Assembly (NCBI RefSeq): GCF_001574435.1
Contig: NZ_LOCN01000024.1
Span: forward strand, 130,793 to 162,792
DNA length: 32,000 nt
Source: Moritella sp. JT01
GTDB lineage: Bacteria > Pseudomonadota > Gammaproteobacteria > Enterobacterales > Moritellaceae
Direction of reading: 5' to 3'
Within the stretch, counting starts at the first letter, position 1; every line of letters begins with the position of its first letter. Shown here piece by piece: positions 1-9,437 of the stretch. Made by a program: the position numbers and the translations under genes. The notes under the pieces were generated by a model. That model did not search any database and was not told the origin of the DNA. It saw only the letters and a program-made list of their open reading frames with translations.

Positions 1-1129
1 TTAAACTACCACTGTCTCCATTACTCATCACTATGATGCCTTCACCTTCATTTACGAAAGCGTTAAAGTCATTAGTAAAACCAAGATTTTTACCGTCGTG
101 ACCAAAGATAATTTGGTTGTTAACCTGTCTTATAGATGGACCGAGTCCCCAATCACCTTGATGCTTGATAAAAATAGACTCTACTGTCGATTTCTTTAAT
201 ATCCCATCGGTTTTCCCCGCTATTATTGATTGCATATGCATGACATATAAAGCTAAATCTGATGGTGTAGTCCATAGGCCGGCTGCAGCCTTCTCTGGGT
301 AATCATTATAAATCGCGGGGTACATTTTTCCATTCTGGTCATAAGCTGCACTTGCACGCTGCTTTAACATCATAGGCAATACATGCTTGAATGTACTACT
401 TGTCATCCCCATTGGCTTAAGAATTTGATTATCGGCATATTCTGAAAAAGAAAGCCCTGTAATGTCTTCGACTATTTTTTGGATGACAGTATAGCCACCT
501 CCAGAATATCGCCAATTTTTTCCTGGTAGTTGATTAACTTCAACTTTGTGAGTGTTTCCCTTACCACTAAGAATATCAATTGTACTTGGAAGTTTACTAC
601 CAGTTGCGTACCCTGGAAAACCCGGAACGCTAAGGCCTGCATTATGAGTAAGTAAGTGGCGTAGTGTGACGGGGTTTTCTTTGGTCAGTTGGCTTCCTTC
701 AACGTTCCAACCTTTTAGGTATTGATTGACATCTACATCTAGTTTCAACTTCCCTTGTTCAACCAATTTCAGAGCGGCTAGGGCGGCAATTGGTTTGCTG
801 ATTGATGCTGCTTGGAATAGAGTGTCAGTGTTAACCTTCGATGTTGTATTCGCAATACCATAACCTTTTGCCCAATCGATTTTTCCTTTATGAATTACCG
901 CCACACTAAGGCCTGGTAAATTTGTTTTATTCATACTGTCAATTATAGAGATACTTGCGTCTGGTTCACCAACAATCTTAAAAATGTTTTTTAGATTGTT
1001 TTCAATATTTTTGGGCGCATCGGCGTTAGTTTGAGCTGCGCACGTAAATGTCAGCAAACACACAGAAAGCAGCGAGGTATTGAAAACCGAAGAAAAATAA
1101 CGTTTTTTATTCCTAATGGCGTGTTTGAT
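1..1129 (-). CDS. Serine hydrolase / class C beta-lactamase-like protein, secreted; C-terminus runs off the window edge
   Basis: Not in the supplied ORF track. Hand translation of the minus strand gives ...TLFQAASISKPIAALAALKLVEQGKLKLDVDVNQYLKGW...VTLRHLLTHNAGLSVPGFPGY...WRYSGGGYTVIQKIVEDITG...PMGMTSSTF...LWTTPSDLALYV...FGHDGKNLGFTNDF. SISK matches the SxxK motif, and RHLLTHNAGL and HDGKN are typical of the family. The N-terminal IKHAIRNKKRYFSSVFNTSLLSVCLLTFTCAAQT looks like a signal peptide. The start is taken as the ATC at 1129-1127, see findings. Confidence 0.85.
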   Translation of the reverse strand, partial: MKHAIRNKKRYFSSVFNTSLLSVCLLTFTCAAQTNADAPKNIENNLKNIFKIVGEPDASISIIDSMNKTNLPGLSVAVIHKGKIDWAKGYGIANTTSKVNTDTLFQAASISKPIAALAALKLVEQGKLKLDVDVNQYLKGWNVEGSQLTKENPVTLRHLLTHNAGLSVPGFPGYATGSKLPSTIDILSGKGNTHKVEVNQLPGKNWRYSGGGYTVIQKIVEDITGLSFSEYADNQILKPMGMTSSTFKHVLPMMLKQRASAAYDQNGKMYPAIYNDYPEKAAAGLWTTPSDLALYVMHMQSIIAGKTDGILKKSTVESIFIKHQGDWGLGPSIRQVNNQIIFGHDGKNLGFTNDFNAFVNEGEGIIVMSNGDSGSL

Positions 1130-1323
1130 TTATAACTCCTTAACAAGCAAGAACAGATGAAAATAATGCTCTTTTTAATGATGAAGTGAAATTTTTCACT
1201 TGTATTACTTTAACTTGTTTAGACGATGTTTTTCAACCTTTTTTCATACCTCTAGCCGATTGTTGATTAGACCTAAAGTTCATACCATTGATGTGTTAAT
1301 TTGATGAATTAAAAGGATTTTAC

Positions 1324-3921
1324 ATGTCAACGATGTCGTTAAAACACCTAGTGGATAAATTAAACCAAAGCGGGAAAAAGGCACTAGAAGGTGCTGCGGG
1401 ACTTTGTCATTCACGCAGTCAATTTACGGTTGAGATAGAACACTGGCTATTACAGCTGGTCGAAAACAAACAAGATGATATAGGGATAATCTGTCAGCTG
1501 CAGGGCATCGATGTACAAGTGCTTATCAATGAACTTAATTTATCATTAGAACGACAAAAAACCGGGAATAGCGCAGCGCCAAGCCTCTCTCCGCATATCA
1601 TTACCTTGTTAAGACAAGCTTGGTTAAATGCGACCATTGAGTTTGACGAACAGCAGATCCGTTCCGGTATTATTCTTTATACACTGCTTAGTGACGACAG
1701 TATTAATGCGATGTTGTCTCGTCATGTTCGCCAATTTGAACGATTATCAGCAGCCTTAATTCGTGATAATTGGTCTATCATCACCGAAAAATCGACAGAG
1801 CAAAACAGCCTTGTTGGTGTGTCTAATGCGGGCGTAGCAACAAACAGTAAAACACCGTCGTTAGACCAATTTACGGTTGATTTAACGCAAAAAGCCCGTA
1901 GCGGCAAGATGGACCCTATTTTAGGGCGTGACCCAGAAATAAGACAAATGGTCGATATTCTAACGCGTCGCCGTCAAAACAACCCAATATTAACCGGTGA
2001 TGCCGGTGTGGGTAAAACCGCGGTTGTTGAAGGGCTTGCGCAACGTATCGCAGCGAAAGATGTCCCAGAAAGTCTGCAGCATGTTCAATTACGTGAACTT
2101 GATCTTGCGCTTTTGCAAGCGGGTGCAGGGATGAAAGGTGAGTTTGAAAACCGCCTTAAAGCGGTATTAAATGAAGTAAAACAATCTGCAAACCCGATCA
2201 TCTTATTCATTGATGAAGCACATACCATGATTGGTGCTGGTGGCGCGGCAGGTCAAAATGACGCAGCAAATATCCTCAAACCTGCGCTAGCTCGTGGTGA
2301 GTTACGTACTATCGCTGCAACAACTTGGGCTGAATACAAAAAGTATTTCGAAAAAGATCCTGCATTAACGCGTCGTTTCCAAGTTGTTAAGATCGAAGAG
2401 CCTTCTGTTCCAACAGCTGTCACTATGTTACGTGGTCTTTTACCTGTCATGGAACAACATCATGATGTTGTTATTACTGCCGACGCCCTCCAAGCTGCCG
2501 TGACCTTATCTAAACGTTATATAAACGGCCGTCAATTACCGGACAAAGCAGTGGCCTTATTGGATACCGCTTGTGCTCGCGTTGCAATTAGCCAAGCGGC
2601 AACTCCGGGTTTAGTTGAAGATTTACAACGTCAGCAAGCGCAGCTTGAAGCTGAAATTAAACTGCTTGAGCGTGAACAGTTATCTGGCGATGATCACAGT
2701 GACACAATTAGCATGTTACAAACGAACCTTACTGGTATAAAAGATAATTTAGCGATTGAGAAACAGGCTTGGCAAGCGCAATCAGAATTAGTAAAAGCTA
2801 TTCAACAACAAATTGCAGATATTCATGAAAATGGCGCAGAAGAAGAAAAATATACTCGACTTAAAGCGTTAAAAGCACAATTACACCAAGCTAAAAATAC
2901 CATGGTCTACTGGCAGGTTGATGAACAAGTCATTTGTGAAGTCATTTCTGACTGGACAGGTATCCCATTAGGTAAAATGGCACAAGATGAACTGGAAACC
3001 GTGCTCAACCTAAGCGATGAGATGAAGTCACGTGTTATCGGTCAAGACCATGCGATTGATATGATTGCTAAAACAGTGCAAATCTCGCGTGCGCAACTCA
3101 GTGATGAAAGTAAACCCAATGGTATTTTCATGTTAACGGGTCCAAGTGGTGTCGGTAAAACTGAAACCGCGCTCACACTTGCCGAGCAGGTTTATGGCAG
3201 TGAAGAGAATATTATCACGATTAATATGTCTGAATATAAAGAAGAGCATAAAGTATCACTGCTTCTTGGTTCACCTCCCGGCTATGTCGGTTTTGGTGAG
3301 GGCGGCGTATTAACCGAAGCTGTTCGCCGTAATCCTTACAGTGTGGTGTTACTCGATGAAATGGATAAAGCAGCACCTGGCGTGCAAGATATTTTTTATC
3401 AAATCTTTGATAAAGGCTGTGTTAAGGATGGTGAAGGGCGAGATATAGATTTTAAAAATACCATCATTATCATGACATCCAATGTAGGTACTGACACGAT
3501 AACAAGCTTGTTTGCCGATCCAGACACTGCCCCTGAATTAGAGAGCTTGGCTGATTGTATTAAAGCAGATCTAACTGCGGTATTTAAACCCGCGTTCTTG
3601 GGACGTGCAAACATAATTCCGTTTGTGCCGTTAACGGATGACATGTTAAGTACGATTGCTCAATTACAAATAAATCGTTTGGCTGCGCGAATTCGTCGTA
3701 ATCACAATGCTGATTTTACAGTTGATAATGAAGTAATTACTCAAATTGTCAGTCGTTGTCATGACGTGGCATCAGGTGCCCGTACAATCCATAACTATCT
3801 ACAAAATACCTTGTTACCCGAAATATCAGTACAAGTATTGGAAGCAATGACTAAACAGGTTGAATTTAGTCAAATAAACGTTATTACGAATGAAGAAAAA
3901 TTCATTATCACGCTCATTTAG
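1324..3921 (+). CDS. clpV: T6SS AAA+ ATPase ClpV/TssH
   Basis: 865 aa with two Walker A motifs (GDAGVGKT and [16 protein letters not shown]), the ClpB-type [46 protein letters not shown], and [15 protein letters not shown]. It lies immediately upstream of hcp and vgrG, which supports ClpV over ClpB. Confidence 0.93.
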   Translation: MSTMSLKHLVDKLNQSGKKALEGAAGLCHSRSQFTVEIEHWLLQLVENKQDDIGIICQLQGIDVQVLINELNLSLERQKTGNSAAPSLSPHIITLLRQAWLNATIEFDEQQIRSGIILYTLLSDDSINAMLSRHVRQFERLSAALIRDNWSIITEKSTEQNSLVGVSNAGVATNSKTPSLDQFTVDLTQKARSGKMDPILGRDPEIRQMVDILTRRRQNNPILTGDAGVGKTAVVEGLAQRIAAKDVPESLQHVQLRELDLALLQAGAGMKGEFENRLKAVLNEVKQSANPIILFIDEAHTMIGAGGAAGQNDAANILKPALARGELRTIAATTWAEYKKYFEKDPALTRRFQVVKIEEPSVPTAVTMLRGLLPVMEQHHDVVITADALQAAVTLSKRYINGRQLPDKAVALLDTACARVAISQAATPGLVEDLQRQQAQLEAEIKLLEREQLSGDDHSDTISMLQTNLTGIKDNLAIEKQAWQAQSELVKAIQQQIADIHENGAEEEKYTRLKALKAQLHQAKNTMVYWQVDEQVICEVISDWTGIPLGKMAQDELETVLNLSDEMKSRVIGQDHAIDMIAKTVQISRAQLSDESKPNGIFMLTGPSGVGKTETALTLAEQVYGSEENIITINMSEYKEEHKVSLLLGSPPGYVGFGEGGVLTEAVRRNPYSVVLLDEMDKAAPGVQDIFYQIFDKGCVKDGEGRDIDFKNTIIIMTSNVGTDTITSLFADPDTAPELESLADCIKADLTAVFKPAFLGRANIIPFVPLTDDMLSTIAQLQINRLAARIRRNHNADFTVDNEVITQIVSRCHDVASGARTIHNYLQNTLLPEISVQVLEAMTKQVEFSQINVITNEEKFIITLI

Positions 3922-4156
3922 AACGAAAAGTATGAGATAGAAAACCATTCTTTTTATAGGGTGAAAGCATACTTGGAAAACTTGTATTACAGAGTGGTAA
4001 TTTAGATAATGTAATCAGCTGTTGAAGCGCAGATTTGTTTATTTATTATAGTGTTAAGTAAACTAACTGGTAATTTGAAATATATTTTAGAGATGGTTTT
4101 ATTGATAAAACTATTGTAATGAAAAGCTTATTTAAGCAATTTAAAAGGATGATAAA

Positions 4157-4636
4157 ATGCAAGCAAATACGTATTTAAATTATGAAGGGATTGCTGGTGA
4201 ATCTACTGCTAAAGAATTCCCAGATTTAATCACAGTATTATCGTTAGACTTCGGTACAACTCGTGTATTAAGTTCTTATACTGGTACTGCGCAAGATCGT
4301 GAAGCAAGTTCTGCAAAGCTTAATGATGTAACGATTACAAAATTACAGGATAAAGCGTCACCTGAGCTATTTAAAGAATCGACAATTGGTAAAGGTAAAA
4401 GTGCAATCTTCCACATTACTAAGCAGGGTAAAGGCATCGAAGAGATCATGAAAATTGAACTTACAGATGCAATGATCAGCGGCTACCAAGTTTCTGTTCA
4501 AGGTGACCGTCCTTTAGAAACGATTACAATTAGTTATACAGAAATGATGATGACTGTAACGCCGACTGATGATCAGAACAATGTACAAGCACCACTTGTA
4601 TATGGTTACAGCGGTGTAACTGGCCAACAAATGTAA
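4157..4636 (+). CDS. hcp: T6SS tube protein Hcp/TssD
   Basis: 159 aa. Hcp-like pattern (MQANTYLNYEGIAGEST...GKGKSAIFHITKQGKGIEEIMKIELTDAMISGYQVSVQGDRPLETITISYTEMMMTVTP) and position between clpV and vgrG. Confidence 0.9.
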   Translation: MQANTYLNYEGIAGESTAKEFPDLITVLSLDFGTTRVLSSYTGTAQDREASSAKLNDVTITKLQDKASPELFKESTIGKGKSAIFHITKQGKGIEEIMKIELTDAMISGYQVSVQGDRPLETITISYTEMMMTVTPTDDQNNVQAPLVYGYSGVTGQQM

Positions 4637-4712
4637 GTTTGCTGGTTTCACAGTTGGGTGACTTAAACAGTTGCCCAACTGTTTCGTTACACTTGTTCAG
4701 TTAGGAAATAAA

Positions 4713-6614
4713 ATGGCAGCGGCTACTCAACAACATTCAATGATGAAAATCACCACACCATTGGGTGGTGACGCCTTACATATTACGGCCGTATCAATGC
4801 AAGAAAGCATATCTGCTTTGTACGAAATTAATGCCTCGGTGTATACCACAAATAGTGAGCTGGATTACCAAGCGCTACTGGGTCAATCGGTAACCATTGA
4901 ACTTGCTGTTAAAGATTCTTCTGGCAACTACACAAGAAATTTTAATGGTCTTGTAACAAGTATCAGTTCTCAGGGGCAATCTTATGAAGCACTGAATAAT
5001 ACCAGTAAATATTACCGTTATACCTTAATTATTTCACCGCAGCTTTGGTTAGCAACTATGCGAAGTAATTGCCGTATCTTTCAAGACCTCTCCGTTATCG
5101 ATATTGCGTCATTAATATTTCCTGAGCATAATATTCAGTTTGTTAACAATGCAGGTACTACATTTAAGCCCTATGAATACTGCGTTCAGTATCATGAAAC
5201 TGATTATCAACTTTTGACTCGATTATTTGCTCAGGAAGGTATATATTTTTACTTTAAGCAAAGCAGTGGGTCTAATTCCGTTATATTAGCAAATTCAACG
5301 ACTTCACATGTGAACTGTGCCGAAAGTCCTTTGCTACAATCAGATGAAATTATTTCTCATGCTTACGTCTCCACTTGGTCGTCATTGGCCGCAGTTAAAC
5401 CCGGTAAGGTGAGCTTAAGAGCTATTAACTTTGAACAGCCCTTAATGAATATTGACGGTAGTTCAGTTAATGCTGAGTTTACAGGGCAAGATAATTTAGA
5501 ACATTTTGAATATGTTTCTGGGCATAAAAATTTAGCCGCATCAAATTCATTTTCAGCAACACACTTAGAACAATTACAATCAAACAAAGCTATTTTTAAA
5601 GCCAACTCAAATTATGTGACGATTGAAAGTGGTAAGGTGATTGCTTTTTCTAAGCACGCAACACAAAGCCTTGTGGGGCCTGAATTCCTTATTACACGCA
5701 ACCATTTTATGGCGAGTCAAGGCTCGCAGCTTGATGTTAATTCAAAAAATGGTATGGAGATCAATTCTAATTTTTGTTGTGTTGAAAATACGCCAAACTA
5801 TCAGCCGATTATAAATATAAATAAACCAATCATTCGTGGTGTGCAAACGGCCATTGTAACGGGGGCTGCGTCGGACGAGATATATGTTGATTCTTACGGA
5901 CGCATTAAAGTTAAATTTTATTGGGATAGGCTAGGTACATCAGACGAGAACAGCTCTTGTTGGATCCGAGTTTCTCAAAATTGGGCGGGTAAAAACTGGG
6001 GCGCATTCTTTTATCCCCGTGTAGGGCAAGAGGTATTAGTATCATTCTTAGATGGTGATGCTTCACAGCCTATTGTTATTGGTGCTATTTATAATGGCGA
6101 TCAAATGCCCGTGAATCCTTTACCGGCCAACAAAACTCAAAGTGGTATTCGGACTCACTCAACAACAACTAACGGTAATGCAAACTGTAACGAACTGATT
6201 TTCGAAGACAAAATCGGCAGTGAATTGTTAGGCTTGCGTGCCGAGAAGGATCATCAATTAGTTGTCGTTAATAATCAGACCGACACTGTAGGTAATGACC
6301 GAACAACAACGGTCACCAATAATGACACATTGACAGTGACCAATGATCAAACGCAAACCGTCAATAACGACCGTAATAGTCAGATCGCTAATAACGATAC
6401 GCTCGATGTTGGCAATATACTTAAACTTAAGGCTGCAACGGAGATTAAGCTTGAAGTGGGTGCGGCTAGCTTATTAATGAAAAGTGACGGAACGATAAAG
6501 CTTTCTGGCGTTAATATCGAAATATCAGGGACAAATGTCAAAGTTAAAGGCACTGCAACTAATATCGAAGGGGCAATGGTTGTCGTGAAAGGCTCTGTCG
6601 TTAAAATTAATTAA
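4713..6614 (+). CDS. vgrG: T6SS spike protein VgrG/TssI
   Basis: VgrG features: LLTRLFAQEGIYFYFKQ, RVKFYWDRLG, SSCWIRVSQNWAGKNWGAFFYPRVGQEVLVSFLDGDASQPIVIGAIYNGDQMPV, and a C-terminal NNDTLTV/VNNDR beta-helix-like repeat. The track starts at TTG 4671. The in-frame ATG at 4713 (preceded by ttaggaaataaa) is a better start. Confidence 0.93.
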   Translation: MAAATQQHSMMKITTPLGGDALHITAVSMQESISALYEINASVYTTNSELDYQALLGQSVTIELAVKDSSGNYTRNFNGLVTSISSQGQSYEALNNTSKYYRYTLIISPQLWLATMRSNCRIFQDLSVIDIASLIFPEHNIQFVNNAGTTFKPYEYCVQYHETDYQLLTRLFAQEGIYFYFKQSSGSNSVILANSTTSHVNCAESPLLQSDEIISHAYVSTWSSLAAVKPGKVSLRAINFEQPLMNIDGSSVNAEFTGQDNLEHFEYVSGHKNLAASNSFSATHLEQLQSNKAIFKANSNYVTIESGKVIAFSKHATQSLVGPEFLITRNHFMASQGSQLDVNSKNGMEINSNFCCVENTPNYQPIININKPIIRGVQTAIVTGAASDEIYVDSYGRIKVKFYWDRLGTSDENSSCWIRVSQNWAGKNWGAFFYPRVGQEVLVSFLDGDASQPIVIGAIYNGDQMPVNPLPANKTQSGIRTHSTTTNGNANCNELIFEDKIGSELLGLRAEKDHQLVVVNNQTDTVGNDRTTTVTNNDTLTVTNDQTQTVNNDRNSQIANNDTLDVGNILKLKAATEIKLEVGAASLLMKSDGTIKLSGVNIEISGTNVKVKGTATNIEGAMVVVKGSVVKIN

Positions 6615-6650
6615 ACTTATTTTATTATCTGGTTTTAGAAAAGGATTTTT

Positions 6651-6938
6651 ATGGGAATGCCAGCTGCAACAATGACGAGTTTTCATGTATGCCCTGCGTC
6701 AACTAGTCGTGTGCCTCATATCGGCGGTCCTGTGATCGTCGGTTCGCCTACTGTGCTGATTGGAGGGCTCCCTGCGGCAAGGTTGGGTGATAAAATGGTA
6801 TGTTGTGGACCACCAGACACGATTGTGAAGGGATCTGCGACGGTACTCATTAATGGTAAACCTGCTGCTCGAATGGGGGATGCCGCTGCACATGGTGGAA
6901 AAATTGTTGCAGGTGTACCAACCGTGTTAATAGGTTAG
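6651..6938 (+). CDS. PAAR-domain T6SS spike tip protein
   Basis: 95 aa glycine/proline-rich PAAR pattern: MPAATMTSFHVCPAS...GGPVIVGSPTVLIGGLPAARLGDKMVCCGPPDTIVKGSATVLINGKPAARMGD. Directly follows vgrG. Confidence 0.9.
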   Translation: MGMPAATMTSFHVCPASTSRVPHIGGPVIVGSPTVLIGGLPAARLGDKMVCCGPPDTIVKGSATVLINGKPAARMGDAAAHGGKIVAGVPTVLIG

Positions 6939-6946
6939 GGATTGAT

Positions 6947-8095
6947 ATGGATGTACAGTCTCTACTTTCGCTGATTGGCCAGGTTGAAACCTACTTTCAA
7001 CAGCGTGAACGTTGCTTTGACAATTGCTGGTCAACGCATTTACAACTCAAGCAACTTGACCAGCAAGCCGCAGGTTGGTTTTATTTATTAACGCAACAAC
7101 GTGATGCATTACCAACTTTAGATATAGATAAACCCACTTGGCTTGATTTATTATTAGCACAAACTGTCACCGAGTTAGTGGAACTCGTCAAACATCGCAC
7201 TGCGATTAATGGTAGCGATAAGGTTTGTCTGCAATGGTGGTCTCAACGTCATAATGGTGCTGCGTTAATTGCTGCGCTTATTACACTGGAAGCCACAGCA
7301 AAGCAATCATCAACACCGCAGAGTTTGTTAACACAAGAATTGTTATGTGTTATAGCCACTGCAACACCTGTCATTAGCGATCAATTCAATTTTCTTCATG
7401 TCGATAATATTAAGCCCTGTATTCATTTTATTAACCAACATTTGGGCAAAGCATCGCATATCTGGTCTAGTCACTTTTTAGACGCAGAAACGACAGAACC
7501 AAACAGTAAAAAGTTATTAGCCTTGAGCTTATGTCGAGGTACGTTTCCTGTGAACTTGCCTGTATTAAGCAGCGTGTTATTAGCAGACAAATCTTTATTG
7601 AAACAATATGTTGTTCAAGCCGATAGCCGTTTGGTGGGTGTGGTAATCAATGAATTGTCTGCCCATAACGACAATGCCAAATTTGTATTATCACTCATGG
7701 CATTTAGCGGATATAAGCAATTCATTCCTTGGTTGATCCAAATGTTAACCGCTGGTTTTTTAAGTCACGCTGCTTTTGCTGCTTTGCATACCTTGTTAGG
7801 GGCTGACTTTGAGGCGCAACTACCTGCTAAATTATATGGCGAGTACGAACCTGAATCTAAAGTAGACTTGCTGGTGGCGTTGAAACAGTCATTGAGTGAT
7901 TGGTGGATATTACACCGCGATGAATTCCCAGAGCGTATATTGGCGGGTAAACCAATTAATGAATCAAATATAGACTTTATCTGGCAGCAAGGAAACATTT
8001 CGCAATGCGAGGTTGCTGCTTATCACTATTGGTGCATGAAGGCTGAACATCGTTTAACGGATGCGCGTGGGTTTAATATCGGAGGTATGCTATGA
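6947..8095 (+). CDS. T6SS-associated protein of unknown function, alpha-helical repeat-like (possibly the TIGR02270-type family)
   Basis: 382 aa, 8 nt downstream of the PAAR gene and overlapping the next gene by 4 nt. Helical content with HEAT-like stretches (LLALSLCRGTFPVNLPVLSSVLLADKSLLKQYVVQADSRLVGVVINEL, LTAGFLSHAAFAALHTLLG). Family assignment is from memory of vgrG neighbourhoods. Confidence 0.6.
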   Translation: MDVQSLLSLIGQVETYFQQRERCFDNCWSTHLQLKQLDQQAAGWFYLLTQQRDALPTLDIDKPTWLDLLLAQTVTELVELVKHRTAINGSDKVCLQWWSQRHNGAALIAALITLEATAKQSSTPQSLLTQELLCVIATATPVISDQFNFLHVDNIKPCIHFINQHLGKASHIWSSHFLDAETTEPNSKKLLALSLCRGTFPVNLPVLSSVLLADKSLLKQYVVQADSRLVGVVINELSAHNDNAKFVLSLMAFSGYKQFIPWLIQMLTAGFLSHAAFAALHTLLGADFEAQLPAKLYGEYEPESKVDLLVALKQSLSDWWILHRDEFPERILAGKPINESNIDFIWQQGNISQCEVAAYHYWCMKAEHRLTDARGFNIGGML

Positions 8096-9045
8096 AATTT
8101 ACGGTAGTCGATTATGCCGGTGAGTTTGGTTGTCATCCTAATTCAATCGATTCTGTTTTGACTGGGCTAACACCGGATATAGCCTTAACAGAGCTTGCTG
8201 CATACGCGCAATTTAAGCCCGTTAAACAAGTCGCGTTTACTCAATCAGAATTGGCTGATAACCGTATTGACCGATGGCAAATATTGATTAACGCTGCGTT
8301 AGCAAACTCGAATTTAATTGAATTAAGTCAAGATGCCCCGGTATTGATGGTGCTGCCTTATGTCGATGCTAAATTTAGCCAGATGCAGAATCACTTGATT
8401 GATTCTGTGATTGATATTTTACCTGCGTGGACAAGGCACCCTAATAGTCATTATTACTTGCTGGGAAGTGCGGGGTTTTATCAGGCATTGCGCCAAGCGG
8501 ACGTATTACTCAGTGCAGGTATGGAACAGGTGGTGATTGGTGCAGTAGACAGTTGGGCGACAGAGCAAGGCTTGTTAAAGTTTATTAGCAAGTTCAGTGA
8601 TTATGGCTCTGTTGTATTACCTGCTTCAGAAGGGGCTGTCTTTATTGTGTTGTCTCGGCTGTCACAGGGTATAGAGGTGTTAGGTTGTGGTATGGATGTG
8701 GTGATTGATCGACATGCTCCAAGTGGCCTAATTGCAATTATTGCGGATCTTGTCGCTAAACAAACTCAACCTGTACAGTATTTGTCGCTGTGTCATTCCG
8801 GAGATGAAAGCTTAGATCAAGTCGGGCACAATACACTCTGTGCTATTTCAGGGCTTTACGATGCCAATACTCAGTTTTTAACGCCACAAATTACGCAAGG
8901 CGATATTGGCGCTTGCTATAGCTTATTACATTTTTTACTCAGTTATCATCATTATAAACAGCATATCTGGCAGGGAACTAGCCTACAAATTGATACGTCG
9001 TCGTTGCCTTATGTTGGCGCTGCGATTTATCGCTGGTGTGACTGA
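8092..9045 (+). CDS. Divergent thiolase/beta-ketoacyl-synthase-fold protein, T6SS-associated
   Basis: 317 aa. Contains ADVLLSAGMEQVVIGAVDSWATEQGLL, similar to the KAS region around GGVDS, and TQGDIGACYSLLHFLL, similar to the C-terminal GDIGAASG motif. Its start overlaps the stop of the preceding gene (ATGA). Confidence 0.6.
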   Translation: MKFTVVDYAGEFGCHPNSIDSVLTGLTPDIALTELAAYAQFKPVKQVAFTQSELADNRIDRWQILINAALANSNLIELSQDAPVLMVLPYVDAKFSQMQNHLIDSVIDILPAWTRHPNSHYYLLGSAGFYQALRQADVLLSAGMEQVVIGAVDSWATEQGLLKFISKFSDYGSVVLPASEGAVFIVLSRLSQGIEVLGCGMDVVIDRHAPSGLIAIIADLVAKQTQPVQYLSLCHSGDESLDQVGHNTLCAISGLYDANTQFLTPQITQGDIGACYSLLHFLLSYHHYKQHIWQGTSLQIDTSSLPYVGAAIYRWCD

Positions 9046-9437
9046 GTATTTATCGCTGGTGTAACAGATTAATTACCGGCAGTAAGACACCTTATTATTG
9101 AAAAGATTAAATGGACTTATTTTCATGAATGGAATCACGATGCAAAGCCCTCTATCGATTGATAGGAGGGTTAACTATGCGGTATGCAATTAAATAACTG
9201 AAGTTGAGTGTATCTATTGGCTTAATTTTGATTTTTGGAAAACAAAAACGCTGCCTTCATGACAGAATTGCTGGTACTAAAGTAGTAAATATATAGTAAT
9301 TTCAGTGTTTTTTAATAAGTATGCTTATAGTTTATTAAAGTTGTAACTTAATTGTCACTATTCCTAATTAGTATTTTAAAACATTGGTATTTAACGGATT
9401 GATACCGACTAATATACTTTTACAAAGGAATGTTTAG

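Noticed and set aside
1722-3644. Antisense ORFs inside clpV (1722-1907, 2253-2450, 3399-3644)
   Set aside because: Short, overlap a well-supported gene, and show no recognisable domains. The same applies to small antisense or alternate-frame ORFs at 5363, 6699, 7765, 11067, 14313, 14735, 15050, 15800, 18151, 19407, 19595, 19812, 22116, 24354, 25285, 25707, 26013, 26395, 26633, 27165, 27844, 28822, 31355 and 31422.
1324-3921. Housekeeping disaggregase ClpB
   Set aside because: The overall AAA+ layout is shared, but the divergent N-domain and direct linkage to hcp, vgrG and PAAR favour ClpV.
8092-9045. Functional FabF/FabB-type fatty-acid enzyme
   Set aside because: At 317 aa it is short for a KAS enzyme, no ACSSG-type catalytic Cys is visible, and it is located in a T6SS spike operon.
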